Origin: a virus
Taxonomy: Duplodnaviria > Caudoviricetes
Virus record (IMG/VR): IMGVR_UViG_3300020049_013434
Location: 1-64,000 of that record
Direction: 5' to 3' (one strand)
DNA: 64,000 nucleotides
The translations under genes and the position numbers were made by a program. The notes below the pieces were generated by a model. The model searched no databases, was not told where the DNA came from, and saw nothing but the letters and a program-made list of their open reading frames with translations. Of the stretch, positions 55,824 through 64,000 are shown piece by piece. Numbering within the stretch: position 1 is the stretch's first letter; every line of letters begins with the position of its first letter.

Positions 55824-56471
55824 ATGGATACTGTTTGTCGTCGCACTCTTTTGGCTCGTGTCTATCTTGCTTTTGCACTTTTCTTCCTAGCTTCGTGCAT
55901 TATCCCGGAAAGTAAGCCGCAACCCCGCGGCTTTTTGTCACCCCTCAATGTCCCACTGCCATTAGCCTACAACAACTATCTTCCGGCAGTCTCCGGCGCG
56001 CCGCTCTCTGACGATGCCGTTTGTTTTGGCTCTGAGGGCGCCCTACAGTTCTACAATCGCCTGAAGGCGGATAGTCGGCAGCATCGTACCATCATGCGCT
56101 GTAACCGCTCCCTTGTGGCTGCAGCGAAGGCTAGAGCGCAATCTCTCGTAGCCACAGACCATTGGGCACACTGCGATCCGGGTGGCAAGGTCTGCGCAAA
56201 CAGCTATGCCGAGTCCCGTGGCTGTCGCTTGCCCAATGATTATGTGGTTGACGGCAATAATATTGAGAGTCTTGGTGGCGGCAGTCCCGATATGCAACCA
56301 ATTTATAATGCCCTGGCAGGTAGTCCGAGTCACAGCGTCCACTTGTTTGCCAGAAACAACGACGGCACGAAGAGCGCCTTCTTTGTGCGCCAGACCGAAG
56401 TGGGCATTGCCGTGGCGGAAGGCGGCAAGTTCGGCTGGGTCTGGGTCATTCTGATTTCTGAGTGCGCGTAG
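55824..56471 (+). CDS. CAP/SCP-domain lipoprotein
   Basis: FLASC lipobox, YLPAV, WAHC, SPSH..HL, EVGIAV. Confidence 0.75.
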   Translation: MDTVCRRTLLARVYLAFALFFLASCIIPESKPQPRGFLSPLNVPLPLAYNNYLPAVSGAPLSDDAVCFGSEGALQFYNRLKADSRQHRTIMRCNRSLVAAAKARAQSLVATDHWAHCDPGGKVCANSYAESRGCRLPNDYVVDGNNIESLGGGSPDMQPIYNALAGSPSHSVHLFARNNDGTKSAFFVRQTEVGIAVAEGGKFGWVWVILISECA

Positions 56472-56760
56472 CCAAGCCAAGGCGTTCCCGAATGGGATGC
56501 AGATTTCCCGGACACTCTATCGCCCCGTACAGCATAAGAACCAGATCGGTCAAGTTGTTAGCGCCCGTCTTTGCATAGATCGTGGAAATGTGTCCGGCCG
56601 TCGCCGATCGCGAGATTGTTAACTTCCTCGCAATATCGTTGAGATAGGTGTGCCCCGCCATGACAAGCAGCAACACCTCCGTCTGGCGCCGCGTCAGGCT
56701 TCTTCCGTACAGCTCGCCCAAGTCGCGCGCCAGATCGTCAGATCTTACTCGCGGTCGCAT
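56446..56760 (-). CDS. LuxR-family HTH regulator
   Basis: LTRRQTEVLLLVMAG..IARKLTISRSATAGHISTIYAK. Confidence 0.8.
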   Translation of the reverse strand: MRPRVRSDDLARDLGELYGRSLTRRQTEVLLLVMAGHTYLNDIARKLTISRSATAGHISTIYAKTGANNLTDLVLMLYGAIECPGNLHPIRERLGLATRTQKSE

Positions 56761-57296
56761 TATGCCTCAGTCCACTGCCAAGTCAGCCCATAGCTCGTGT
56801 GGATATTGTAGCGGGGCTGCTCTATGCTGCCCAACCCCATGCCATTGACCTTATCGGCGAGACCAACTGGTGCGGCATTGTATGCCGGCGCCGGTGCGTA
56901 CATGTCGAAGTTGGCAGCCCACGGCTCACCTTGCTTGGCTTCCGTCTTCATGTCGACAAAGGCATTTCCCCATGACACACGAATCTTCTCTCCGACCACC
57001 CTGCGCCCCGCCTTGTCCAGTAACTCCACAAAGATATGGTGACGCCCACCTGACTCATTTTCGTCCATCCAGACGGCTTTTACGAGCTTCCAGTAGTCCG
57101 ATCCTGGCGCCGGATTCGCTAACTCAAGCGTGGCTCCCCGCACAGTTAAGCGCGGGTCCCAGTTCGTCGGCGTCGGTGGCTTTGGCGGCTCCACAGGACC
57201 CTCCACATCCGGCACAACCACAATTGGAATAAAGATCCGATCGTCGCCCTTCTCCAGCAGTGCCTTCAACTCCTGTATCGATATTTGACTGTTCAT
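56760..57296 (-). CDS. protein with Caldilinea-type WDPRL domain
   Basis: WDPRL..YWKLV..ESGGRHHIFV..ANFDMY; ATG 57296 after GAGGAG. Confidence 0.55.
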   Translation of the reverse strand: MNSQISIQELKALLEKGDDRIFIPIVVVPDVEGPVEPPKPPTPTNWDPRLTVRGATLELANPAPGSDYWKLVKAVWMDENESGGRHHIFVELLDKAGRRVVGEKIRVSWGNAFVDMKTEAKQGEPWAANFDMYAPAPAYNAAPVGLADKVNGMGLGSIEQPRYNIHTSYGLTWQWTEA

Positions 57297-57639
57297 GAAC
57301 TCGCTTCTCCTCAAACAAGATACTCGTCAGCAACTCTCTGTTACCGGCGTGGTCGTCCTCACTAGGGTGCAGCACCCAGAGCAAGGTGTCCAGACGTTGG
57401 TACAGGTACACGCTCTCGTCCGTCGTCTTGTCAGACTCAACGAAGAGCTTCAGTAAGCCCTCGTAGCGCCGCTCGATCTCATATCGGGAGCGCATGGTAA
57501 AGCTTGCCTTCGCTGCAGCCTCCCAGCCCGCCTTGATATGCGGACGCAGGTCCTGCCACTCTGGAATGACTGTACCGTCGTAGGCGAGTCCGCCAACCTC
57601 CGTGCGATAAGCTTCAAACGCCCGTTTTGCTTCTTTCAT
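57124..57639 (-). CDS. hypothetical phage protein
   Basis: AFEAY...PEWQDL..GWEAAA motif; 3' end overlaps the next gene. Confidence 0.55.
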   Translation of the reverse strand: MKEAKRAFEAYRTEVGGLAYDGTVIPEWQDLRPHIKAGWEAAAKASFTMRSRYEIERRYEGLLKLFVESDKTTDESVYLYQRLDTLLWVLHPSEDDHAGNRELLTSILFEEKRVHEQSNIDTGVEGTAGEGRRSDLYSNCGCAGCGGSCGAAKATDADELGPALNCAGSHA

Positions 57640-57898
57640 AAATCTCCTCTACTTCTTTTCCTAAAGGAACGACCTCAATGTCAAGCCAGAACCGAGTAGC
57701 CATAATTGGCGCACTCAGGTCGGTTCTCTCAAACTTATCGGCATTGTAAAACAGGTCTCTTCCGACAAACGTCGTCTCAACCTTCCGCCATACGTATGCA
57801 GCGTCCGATCCGCCTCCAGCACGTATCCATTCGTCGTTCATTCGGAAGAACCTGCCAACCTCAAGCTCACCGAATGGAACTGTCGCCTGCCCGCTCAC
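57614..57898 (-). CDS. hypothetical protein
   Basis: coupled within the operon. Confidence 0.55.
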   Translation of the reverse strand: MSGQATVPFGELEVGRFFRMNDEWIRAGGGSDAAYVWRKVETTFVGRDLFYNADKFERTDLSAPIMATRFWLDIEVVPLGKEVEEIYERSKTGV

Positions 57899-58089
57899 CG
57901 ACCACCTCCGACCGTCTTAACGCCGGCAACAATCTGTATCGCTTGGTCTCCCGTGAAGTCCTGGTCGAGCAGCGCCTTGTACAGCCGGCGATACAGCTTA
58001 GCCGTCGCCTCCATGACCTGCGGCTTCGACATGATCTCAAGCGACTGCAGGGTTATCTCGGTCGCCTTATCCATTTCACTTTGATTCAT
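57895..58089 (-). CDS. hypothetical protein
   Basis: coupled ORF; GFT.EQA-like motif. Confidence 0.55.
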   Translation of the reverse strand: MNQSEMDKATEITLQSLEIMSKPQVMEATAKLYRRLYKALLDQDFTGDQAIQIVAGVKTVGGGR

Positions 58090-58574
58090 ACTGTTATCCT
58101 ATCTGTTTTCTCACTATGCCTTTGACATACCGGCATATCTTCAACAAAGCTAACGGCAGGGAATCCGCACTCGCACCAGCCGTAGCGTCCGATACCCCAC
58201 AAGTGGCGCGGTCGCTCCTGCCCAAGCTTTACAAAGTGATAGCATGGGTCACACCAGCCTGACCGAGAGTGCTCGACGGACGCCAGGGGGACGCTACAGG
58301 TCTTGCATGTGTACTCCGGGTCCCACAGGTGCCTTGGGCGCTCCTTCTTGTTGCGGCGGTGATAGTTGTGACAGGGTCCGCAACGCAGGTTTGCCACCAG
58401 TTCCGGCGACCCGCAGTTCTTGCACCAGCGCGGTTTGTTTTTCTGGTGACGACCGAGGATCTTTGTGTAGAGCTTTGCCGGTCGCTCCACGCCGTGCAGG
58501 TTATAGTAGCGCAGGCAGGCGTTGCAGCGATTCTTGGCGTATACTTCGGATCGATTGCAGTTATCACACAGCAC
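58086..58574 (-). CDS. multi-Zn-finger protein with GATA-like repeats
   Basis: 3 copies of CxxC-x10/13-CxxCxx(Y/F)...ERP. Confidence 0.7.
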   Translation of the reverse strand: MLCDNCNRSEVYAKNRCNACLRYYNLHGVERPAKLYTKILGRHQKNKPRWCKNCGSPELVANLRCGPCHNYHRRNKKERPRHLWDPEYTCKTCSVPLASVEHSRSGWCDPCYHFVKLGQERPRHLWGIGRYGWCECGFPAVSFVEDMPVCQRHSEKTDRITV

Positions 58575-58610
58575 AAGTTGCTCCTAAATTGCTCGCGAAA
58601 ATTGCCACTT

Positions 58611-58865
58611 TCAAAAGCTATTCAACCGCGCCTTCAAGCTTCTAGTCCAGGCAATCAGGTATATAAAGCGATTCCAAAACCTGTACTCCGCATTGATCAT
58701 CCACACGGGCGCCAGGCAGCGGGCAATGACGTAGGGCGACTCCAGTAGACGCCAGCCGTCATCCTCCCTGAACTCCCACTTCTGGCGCAATAGCCAGCTC
58801 TGCAAGAGCATTAGGATCGGGCAGGTATATCTGGTATTGAGCGCCCATGGCTGCTTTTTTCTCAT
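58611..58865 (-). CDS. hypothetical protein
   Basis: RBS GGAGG. Confidence 0.5.
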   Translation of the reverse strand: MRKKQPWALNTRYTCPILMLLQSWLLRQKWEFREDDGWRLLESPYVIARCLAPVWMINAEYRFWNRFIYLIAWTRSLKARLNSF

Positions 58866-59020
58866 GACTTATCCTCCACTGCGCCTATCCATTCGCTTAG
58901 TATCTCGGTGATGCCCATTGTGTCGAAAATGAATTTGCAATCTGCCAATGTGCGGATCTCGCCTTGCTCATAGGCTTCGCGCACGATATGAGCTATCCAA
59001 CGCGCTTCAATTAGCGACAT
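58862..59020 (-). CDS. 52-aa hypothetical protein (not in the ORF track)
   Basis: RBS AAGGAG, MSLIEARW..., ATGA overlap. Confidence 0.55.
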   Translation of the reverse strand: MSLIEARWIAHIVREAYEQGEIRTLADCKFIFDTMGITEILSEWIGAVEDKS

Positions 59021-59104
59021 TTTTTACTCCTTAAAATAGGTTGGCATAACTTTCTTTTTATACCAACCTACGGCTTGATACAAGGACCATTTAATTAAGC
59101 TGAT

Positions 59105-59142
59105 CACTATTTCCTATACGGTTAGCCGTATAGGAAATAGTG
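59105..59142. repeat. perfect 17-bp inverted repeat
   Basis: CACTATTTCCTATACGG-ttag-CCGTATAGGAAATAGTG. Confidence 0.85.
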
Positions 59143-59203
59143 CCAAATCGTCCCAATCTCAGTATCACTGGCAGCGTTGACACAAAAGTAGACTTGTCAA
59201 CAG

Positions 59204-59821
59204 TTATTCAGAGCTATCTTTCCCGGGATCATTCCACTCAGATAGTTCTGTCGAGACATCTATCAGGGAATAAGCCTCAAGCGCTCTCTTTATGATATCG
59301 ATTGGTACACAAACGTTTCTGGTAACGTACCCTTTGTTCTTCGACGTGGACAAAGAGAATCCTTTTTTGCGTTCCTGACCCCACTGTATCCACTGCTGAC
59401 CGCGCGCCAACCAGACGCGTCTCAGTATATGCCATGGAAATAGATAGCATTTCTTGGTTGGCATAATGGCGTATGCGAGATAGTCAATGGCTAGGTCCTT
59501 CGCCATCCACCCAGGAGCACCAGTCGTATCTACAGACACATATTCCAGTAAGATATCGCCATAGTCCTTCTTGCGTTTCTTCTCATCTATAGCAACGGTA
59601 AGACCGTTTGCTAGATATAGAATTCTATCTACGCCCATGCGCTGGCTAGCAGTATCTCCCTTGCACATCATGTGGTTCACAAGGTTGGGGAAGGCTTTCT
59701 TGTAAACTGCATCCCAGAACGGTTCGCAGCTCGCCCGCTCACTATAGGCAAGCTGTTCGTTGAAACTGTGAACTATGTTACTCACGCTCGGCCGCCTCCC
59801 TGAAGTCTTCTTGCATAACAA
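59204..59821 (-). CDS. putative PD-(D/E)xK nuclease-like protein
   Basis: GVDR...IDEKKR..DILLE..PGW..DYLAY; true start probably a little downstream of 59821. Confidence 0.5.
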   Translation of the reverse strand: MLCKKTSGRRPSVSNIVHSFNEQLAYSERASCEPFWDAVYKKAFPNLVNHMMCKGDTASQRMGVDRILYLANGLTVAIDEKKRKKDYGDILLEYVSVDTTGAPGWMAKDLAIDYLAYAIMPTKKCYLFPWHILRRVWLARGQQWIQWGQERKKGFSLSTSKNKGYVTRNVCVPIDIIKRALEAYSLIDVSTELSEWNDPGKDSSE

Positions 59822-60149
59822 GCGATCTGATCATGCCCAACCGATCTTCCGTATAGTTGTCGCATAGCCAGTCGTCCAAGTAAGGGTTCTCGTAAAATGG
59901 TTGCTTCTCCAGCAGGAAACTAATCTTCTCAACTACCCTATGACAATTAGGACATAGGTGAATCAGATTATCCGGCAACCCATCACCGCCATCCTTAACA
60001 GGTACGATATGGTGTATCTCGCCGGTAAATGGACAGTAGAATTCACAAATCTCACAGCGACATCTCGCCCTATCATAGACAGTTTTGGCAAAGAACTTAG
60101 CTTCATTTCTGCTCTGCCTTGCCTCCACCTTTCTTTCTAGCTTGTTCAT
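59778..60149 (-). CDS. HNH endonuclease
   Basis: CEIC, IHHIVPVKDGG, NLIHLCPNCH. Confidence 0.85.
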   Translation of the reverse strand: MNKLERKVEARQSRNEAKFFAKTVYDRARCRCEICEFYCPFTGEIHHIVPVKDGGDGLPDNLIHLCPNCHRVVEKISFLLEKQPFYENPYLDDWLCDNYTEDRLGMIRSLVMQEDFREAAERE

Positions 60150-61405
60150 GCCTGGTTCCCCCATGCCTCCCAGCCATCGCGCCGATTGCGAGCAAAGAGT
60201 TCTATCTTGTCATACTCCGGGTACATTTTCTCTATGATTCCATAGAACTCCTCTGGCTTTGCGCTGTGTTTCTTGTCTCTTCGTATACGGACAACAGAAG
60301 GAGGTCTGTTTTTATCTTCTGGGACGGGTAGCGAACCCTTGGTCGCAAAGAGTAGAAGTTCATGCTGCTGCCTGGCGTAGTAACCCATTCCCATAACTTC
60401 CTTGTCCCACACCATGCATGTCTTGTAGGTGAACCCCCACGACTCAATGACATGCATGGCATCTAGGAGCTTAGGGCTAGTTGCCCAAAGAATGAGTACG
60501 CAATCTGGTGCGGCAACTTTGTCGATCGGGAGAGAACAAATCTTGTCAACGCTCATGGTTGGATATTGATTCCCGATCTCCCGACTCTCCGTCTCACTAT
60601 GATCGTATTCCCACGGCGGATCGGCGTATATGACGGGGTATAGTCGATTTACCACCTCTGTCAACGGCTTGTTTCCCTGCGATATCCTGTTAATCTTCTC
60701 TACTCGTTCAGCTCGTTTCTCCGCCGACTTCTTCGTGCGAATCTTCTTAGACGCCTCAACAATCTGCTTCGGACCCTGAGCTACGATAACGATCTGGTCT
60801 TCCGGGGGGGCCTGGGCAATGATGGCGGCTGTACTGACGGCAACGTGCCCTTCCTTGACAGCCCGAACAAGCTCATCGCTTCCTTGCTTCCTAACCGTCT
60901 TCGCATCCTGTATGCTTCGAGGACTAACGCCAATAATCGCTGCCGCTTGGTCACGAGCTTGTTGAGCTCTATCCCCTGACCGTTGAGGCAAATTTGCCTC
61001 AACGGTGGCGGCATTCTGCTTCAGTGTGGATAACTGCTTTTTATGCGCCTCCTCCTCTAGCATCGGCAGAATGTCTGCGCCAATCATAGATGCTTGACTT
61101 GGTGTCAAATGCCGGCGCTTCAGATTTAGCGACACCACAAATCCGACCAGGCTTCCCTTTCCGTCCCAATAGCGAAACTTTGGCGAAATGCCAAGCTCGA
61201 CGCAGGCCCGGTGCCGGTTGCGGCCGTCGACGATCGTGTGGCTTTCCGGGTGAAGCCAGACCGGCTCAAGGAGACCATTGGTTCTTATGTCTTCCTTCAG
61301 CCCTTCGTACTCTGCACCCTGCATGAGTGGAAAGATATTGGCGACCTCGTGATACTGTCTCTCTGCTTCCGCTGATTCTACAAATGGGTTCATGGCTGCC
61401 CCCAA
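60146..61405 (-). CDS. ParB-N + MT-A70 family adenine methyltransferase fusion
   Basis: IVDGRNRHRA, NLKRRHL; YADPPW, LWAT, WDK, HSAKP, IELFAR. Confidence 0.85.
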   Translation of the reverse strand: MGAAMNPFVESAEAERQYHEVANIFPLMQGAEYEGLKEDIRTNGLLEPVWLHPESHTIVDGRNRHRACVELGISPKFRYWDGKGSLVGFVVSLNLKRRHLTPSQASMIGADILPMLEEEAHKKQLSTLKQNAATVEANLPQRSGDRAQQARDQAAAIIGVSPRSIQDAKTVRKQGSDELVRAVKEGHVAVSTAAIIAQAPPEDQIVIVAQGPKQIVEASKKIRTKKSAEKRAERVEKINRISQGNKPLTEVVNRLYPVIYADPPWEYDHSETESREIGNQYPTMSVDKICSLPIDKVAAPDCVLILWATSPKLLDAMHVIESWGFTYKTCMVWDKEVMGMGYYARQQHELLLFATKGSLPVPEDKNRPPSVVRIRRDKKHSAKPEEFYGIIEKMYPEYDKIELFARNRRDGWEAWGNQA

Positions 61406-61794
61406 GGTGGTAGAATTTCACAGGCTATGTCGTCCTTGTCGTAGTCGAGCTTGTGAACATCGAACCCTGCGACGATCTTGCAGTACGCGAATACATGCTG
61501 TGCCTCTGGTTGAGTGTCGAAATCCGAGCAGTTGTACGCGTCATGGTCGCAGATAAAGAAGAATGGATCGGGAGTTCGCTCGCCAGTCGGTGTAGGCATG
61601 CTCGTAGATTCCTGGGTTGGATGCGGTGTCGAGGTATTGGTTGGCAGCGGCGTTGGGGTCGATGTAGCCGTTGGCGGCGCAACCGCCACAATCGGCAGGT
61701 ATTGATCGTTCTGTGGGATGGTCTGCCCGCTTGCCGTCCACGAGCCGAATAGGGCAAGTGTCGCAAGCGCGAGCATGGGTAAAAACTTATTCAC
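61390..61794 (-). CDS. secreted Excalibur Ca-binding domain protein
   Basis: signal peptide, YLPIV, PT-rich linker, NCSDF..LDYDKDDIACE. Confidence 0.75.
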   Translation of the reverse strand: MNKFLPMLALATLALFGSWTASGQTIPQNDQYLPIVAVAPPTATSTPTPLPTNTSTPHPTQESTSMPTPTGERTPDPFFFICDHDAYNCSDFDTQPEAQHVFAYCKIVAGFDVHKLDYDKDDIACEILPPWGQP

Positions 61795-61997
61795 TTTGCA
61801 TTCCTTTTCACTATCCCCCTAGCCGCGCCTCTCACTGCGCAGTGCTATGGAGTTTACTTGAAACTTGTGCTACAATAGAATCATGTACGACATAGCTCTC
61901 GGCGTTCTGCTCTGTGCTTACATTATAACCGTAGCTTGCTACGAAAGCGCTCTACACAGACGCAACGTGCCGAATCAACCCAAGGATACCGACCGCG

Positions 61998-62345
61998 TCA
62001 AGCCTTATTGGTAGACCGGCTGCGCAGTCGTTCGATACGCGCGATCTCGAAGTCAATGTGATTGCGTGCCTTCTTCAGATCCTTCACCTCGTCCTCGCCA
62101 GGCTTCCGACCGGCCCGCCAAATATAGCCCATTGCCGTCGCCTTGTTGTAAGAGAAGTCCTGAATCACGTCGACCGCCTGCAAGCCCCATATAGTAGGGT
62201 GATCATAGTAGTGCGGCTTGGCGATCTCACCTGAGTCCCCAATGGCTGTAGTCTCACCCAGCGTCTCCATCATCCTAGATGGCCCAGGATGATTTTCGCT
62301 TCCAAAAACAAATACTTCCCCTGGCTCCAATTCCCTAAATAACAT
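61998..62345 (-). CDS. DUF3310-domain protein
   Basis: PHYY, YIWRAGRK, DLKKA. Confidence 0.75.
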   Translation of the reverse strand: MLFRELEPGEVFVFGSENHPGPSRMMETLGETTAIGDSGEIAKPHYYDHPTIWGLQAVDVIQDFSYNKATAMGYIWRAGRKPGEDEVKDLKKARNHIDFEIARIERLRSRSTNKA

Positions 62346-62353
62346 ATCTCCTC

Positions 62354-62923
62354 CTATATTCTCGCCGTGGTAATGCCCGTCTGCGCCTGGTACTTGCCCT
62401 TGCGGTCAGCGTAGGACACTTCCGGCTGGTCTCCCTCGAAGAATAAGCACTGGGCAATTCCCTCGTTGGCGTATATCTTCGCCGGCAGGGGCGTCGTGTT
62501 CGAGATTTCGATGGTGACGTGTCCTTCCCAGCCCGGTTCAAATGCCGTGAAATTTGTTATGATGCCCGTCCTTGCGTATGTTGATTTTCCAAGGCATATT
62601 CCCAGAACGTTGCGTGGCATACGAAAATACTCCACGCTGCGCGCCAGGGCAAAGCTGTTGGGCGGAATAATGCAGACCGGGCCATGGAACTTTGCCATAC
62701 TGCGCTCGTTATGTACCTTCGGGTCAATCACGGTCAGCTCGCCCGTCGCTGTCGTGAAGATCAAGAACTCGTCCGCCACGCGCAGGTCGTAGCCAAAACT
62801 ACTGAGCCCATAAGAAATTACGCCCTCGCGGACCTGTTTTTCCACGAAAGGCGTAATCATCATTTGCTCTAAAGCCATGTGCCGAATCCACCAATCCGGC
62901 TTAATGCAAGAAAAACTATCCAC
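62354..62923 (-). CDS. dcd: dCTP deaminase
   Basis: [39 protein letters not shown]; GTG start at 62923 or 62929. Confidence 0.92.
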   Translation of the reverse strand: MDSFSCIKPDWWIRHMALEQMMITPFVEKQVREGVISYGLSSFGYDLRVADEFLIFTTATGELTVIDPKVHNERSMAKFHGPVCIIPPNSFALARSVEYFRMPRNVLGICLGKSTYARTGIITNFTAFEPGWEGHVTIEISNTTPLPAKIYANEGIAQCLFFEGDQPEVSYADRKGKYQAQTGITTARI

Positions 62924-63515
62924 TATCACTCCCTTCCCATATACCCGCTTCAAATAACTTGTTGCCATTCTTCGCCAGCCAGTCCTTCGCCTTTTGCGTG
63001 AAGGACCAGGACACCCGACCTGAATCGTCCGACTTACCACGGTCCAACCAGGGCACCGTAGCTGTAGCCAGGTTGTTCAGCGCACTGTACGCCGCCTTCT
63101 CGTCCATGCCCATGCCATCCGCCACGTCGCCCGAGGTGAACTGGTAGAATCGACCAGAGTCCACCATATTGTTGAGCAAGTGTTTCAGTACCGCATACGA
63201 CTGTGACTCCTTGCCGCCACGCACCTTCGCCGGAACCTTCAACTGACCGCCAACGACGTTTTTGGCAACCCCGTTAATCTTCTTTGCTAACTCTCGGACC
63301 TTCTGCGCCTCGTCGTTCGGCTCAGGCGTCAAGTGAAGGGTGAGGGCGCCTTTCATGACGCACTCCTGGGTGAGCAAGCTGTTCAGGATGAGTTCTTCAA
63401 GAATGATTTTGCGAGCGATCGCCTTGTACATGGCGGGATCAAAGACGGTTTGAGTTGATAATCGGAGCAATGCATTGAATTCTTCGTCGGTGAAAATTAA
63501 CTCTACGACCTTCAT
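62916..63515 (-). CDS. hypothetical wHTH DNA-binding protein
   Basis: [24 protein letters not shown]. Confidence 0.55.
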   Translation of the reverse strand: MKVVELIFTDEEFNALLRLSTQTVFDPAMYKAIARKIILEELILNSLLTQECVMKGALTLHLTPEPNDEAQKVRELAKKINGVAKNVVGGQLKVPAKVRGGKESQSYAVLKHLLNNMVDSGRFYQFTSGDVADGMGMDEKAAYSALNNLATATVPWLDRGKSDDSGRVSWSFTQKAKDWLAKNGNKLFEAGIWEGSDSG

Positions 63516-63539
63516 GGGCTTTTGTCCTTTCTGACAGAA

Positions 63540-63577
63540 ATTTTATCATTTATAGAGCAATCTGTCAAACGGGAAAA
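63540..63577 (-). promoter_or_regulatory. sigma70-type promoter
   Basis: TTTTCCCGT-TTGACA-17 nt-TAAAAT, extended TG. Confidence 0.8.
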
Positions 63578-63677
63578 AGGGATAGGTTTGGCGAGCAAGA
63601 AATACAAGCTTGCTCGCCGAGGTCAATCTGAAGCACGACCAAGGAGGTCTTAAGGATACCATGAATTCCTGGTAAAG

Positions 63678-64000
63678 TCAACGCGATTCAACCACCATGC
63701 GCTCAATTGTCAACTTCGTGTAAGCGCCACTACTGGCGTCAACCTGGTCGTCATGCTCACGCTTACCGAAGGCGATGTAGAGCGACAGCTCCTTGATATA
63801 GGCAGCATTCCACTCGGCACGCTTCATCCGCACGTTGCCGGCGTTGACGTAGGCGGAGAAGGGGCGGCTGCGCACGTCCTTGTTATCGCCCGGGCGGTCA
63901 ATCATGACCTCGTACCCGGCGAGCTTGCGCTGCGTGGCGTAGGCGACCTGCTTACCGCTGGCGGCCGGCTCCTGCTCAATCCAGAACTGCATCATGCGCC
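63678..64000 (-). CDS. terL: terminase large subunit, C-terminal nuclease part (continues beyond the window)
   Basis: IEQEPAASGK, K..R..PF...VNAGNV, HDDQVDA. Confidence 0.85.
   Translation of the reverse strand, partial: RMMQFWIEQEPAASGKQVAYATQRKLAGYEVMIDRPGDNKDVRSRPFSAYVNAGNVRMKRAEWNAAYIKELSLYIAFGKREHDDQVDASSGAYTKLTIERMVVESR

Noticed and set aside
61853-61881. + strand promoter-like TTTACT-17-TAGAAT
   Set aside because: No ORF downstream; an antisense RNA is possible but unsupported
1-64000. tRNA, rRNA, CRISPR arrays, integrase, alternative genetic code
   Set aside because: None recognised by eye; long genes are intact under the standard code

Overview
The window is about 64 kb of a tailed dsDNA phage genome with a siphovirus-type layout. 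The host is probably a filamentous Chloroflexota (Caldilineaceae/Anaerolineae-like), inferred from secreted proteins with YLPxV motifs and a Caldilinea-type domain. Positions 1-18.8 kb are mostly + strand: early and replication genes (ParB-like, RecT-like, primase, methylase, nuclease, DnaB-like helicase), then an unusual cluster of membrane and cell-wall proteins (11.0-18.4 kb). Positions 18.9-64 kb are mostly - strand. Read from the right, they hold the TerL 3' end, about 11 kb of accessory genes (dCTP deaminase, ParB/MT-A70 methylase, HNH, GATA-like Zn-finger protein, CAP protein, membrane CHAT protease, degenerate resolvase), an intein-containing portal, prohead protease, major capsid, fibre-like genes, lysis genes and a head-tail adaptor. 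Next come four tandem paralogous tail-tube/beta-propeller genes, chaperones with a -1 slippery site, a 2568-aa tape measure, Dit and Tal. The main candidates for novelty are the four-paralogue propeller-decorated tail tube, a possible intra-filament spread or envelope module, a 24-bp late-promoter element present three times at a fixed 21-nt distance from a -10 box, and a membrane-anchored CHAT protease. I saw no integrase, CRISPR array, tRNA or reverse transcriptase. All protein calls come from reading motifs by eye, not from database searches.
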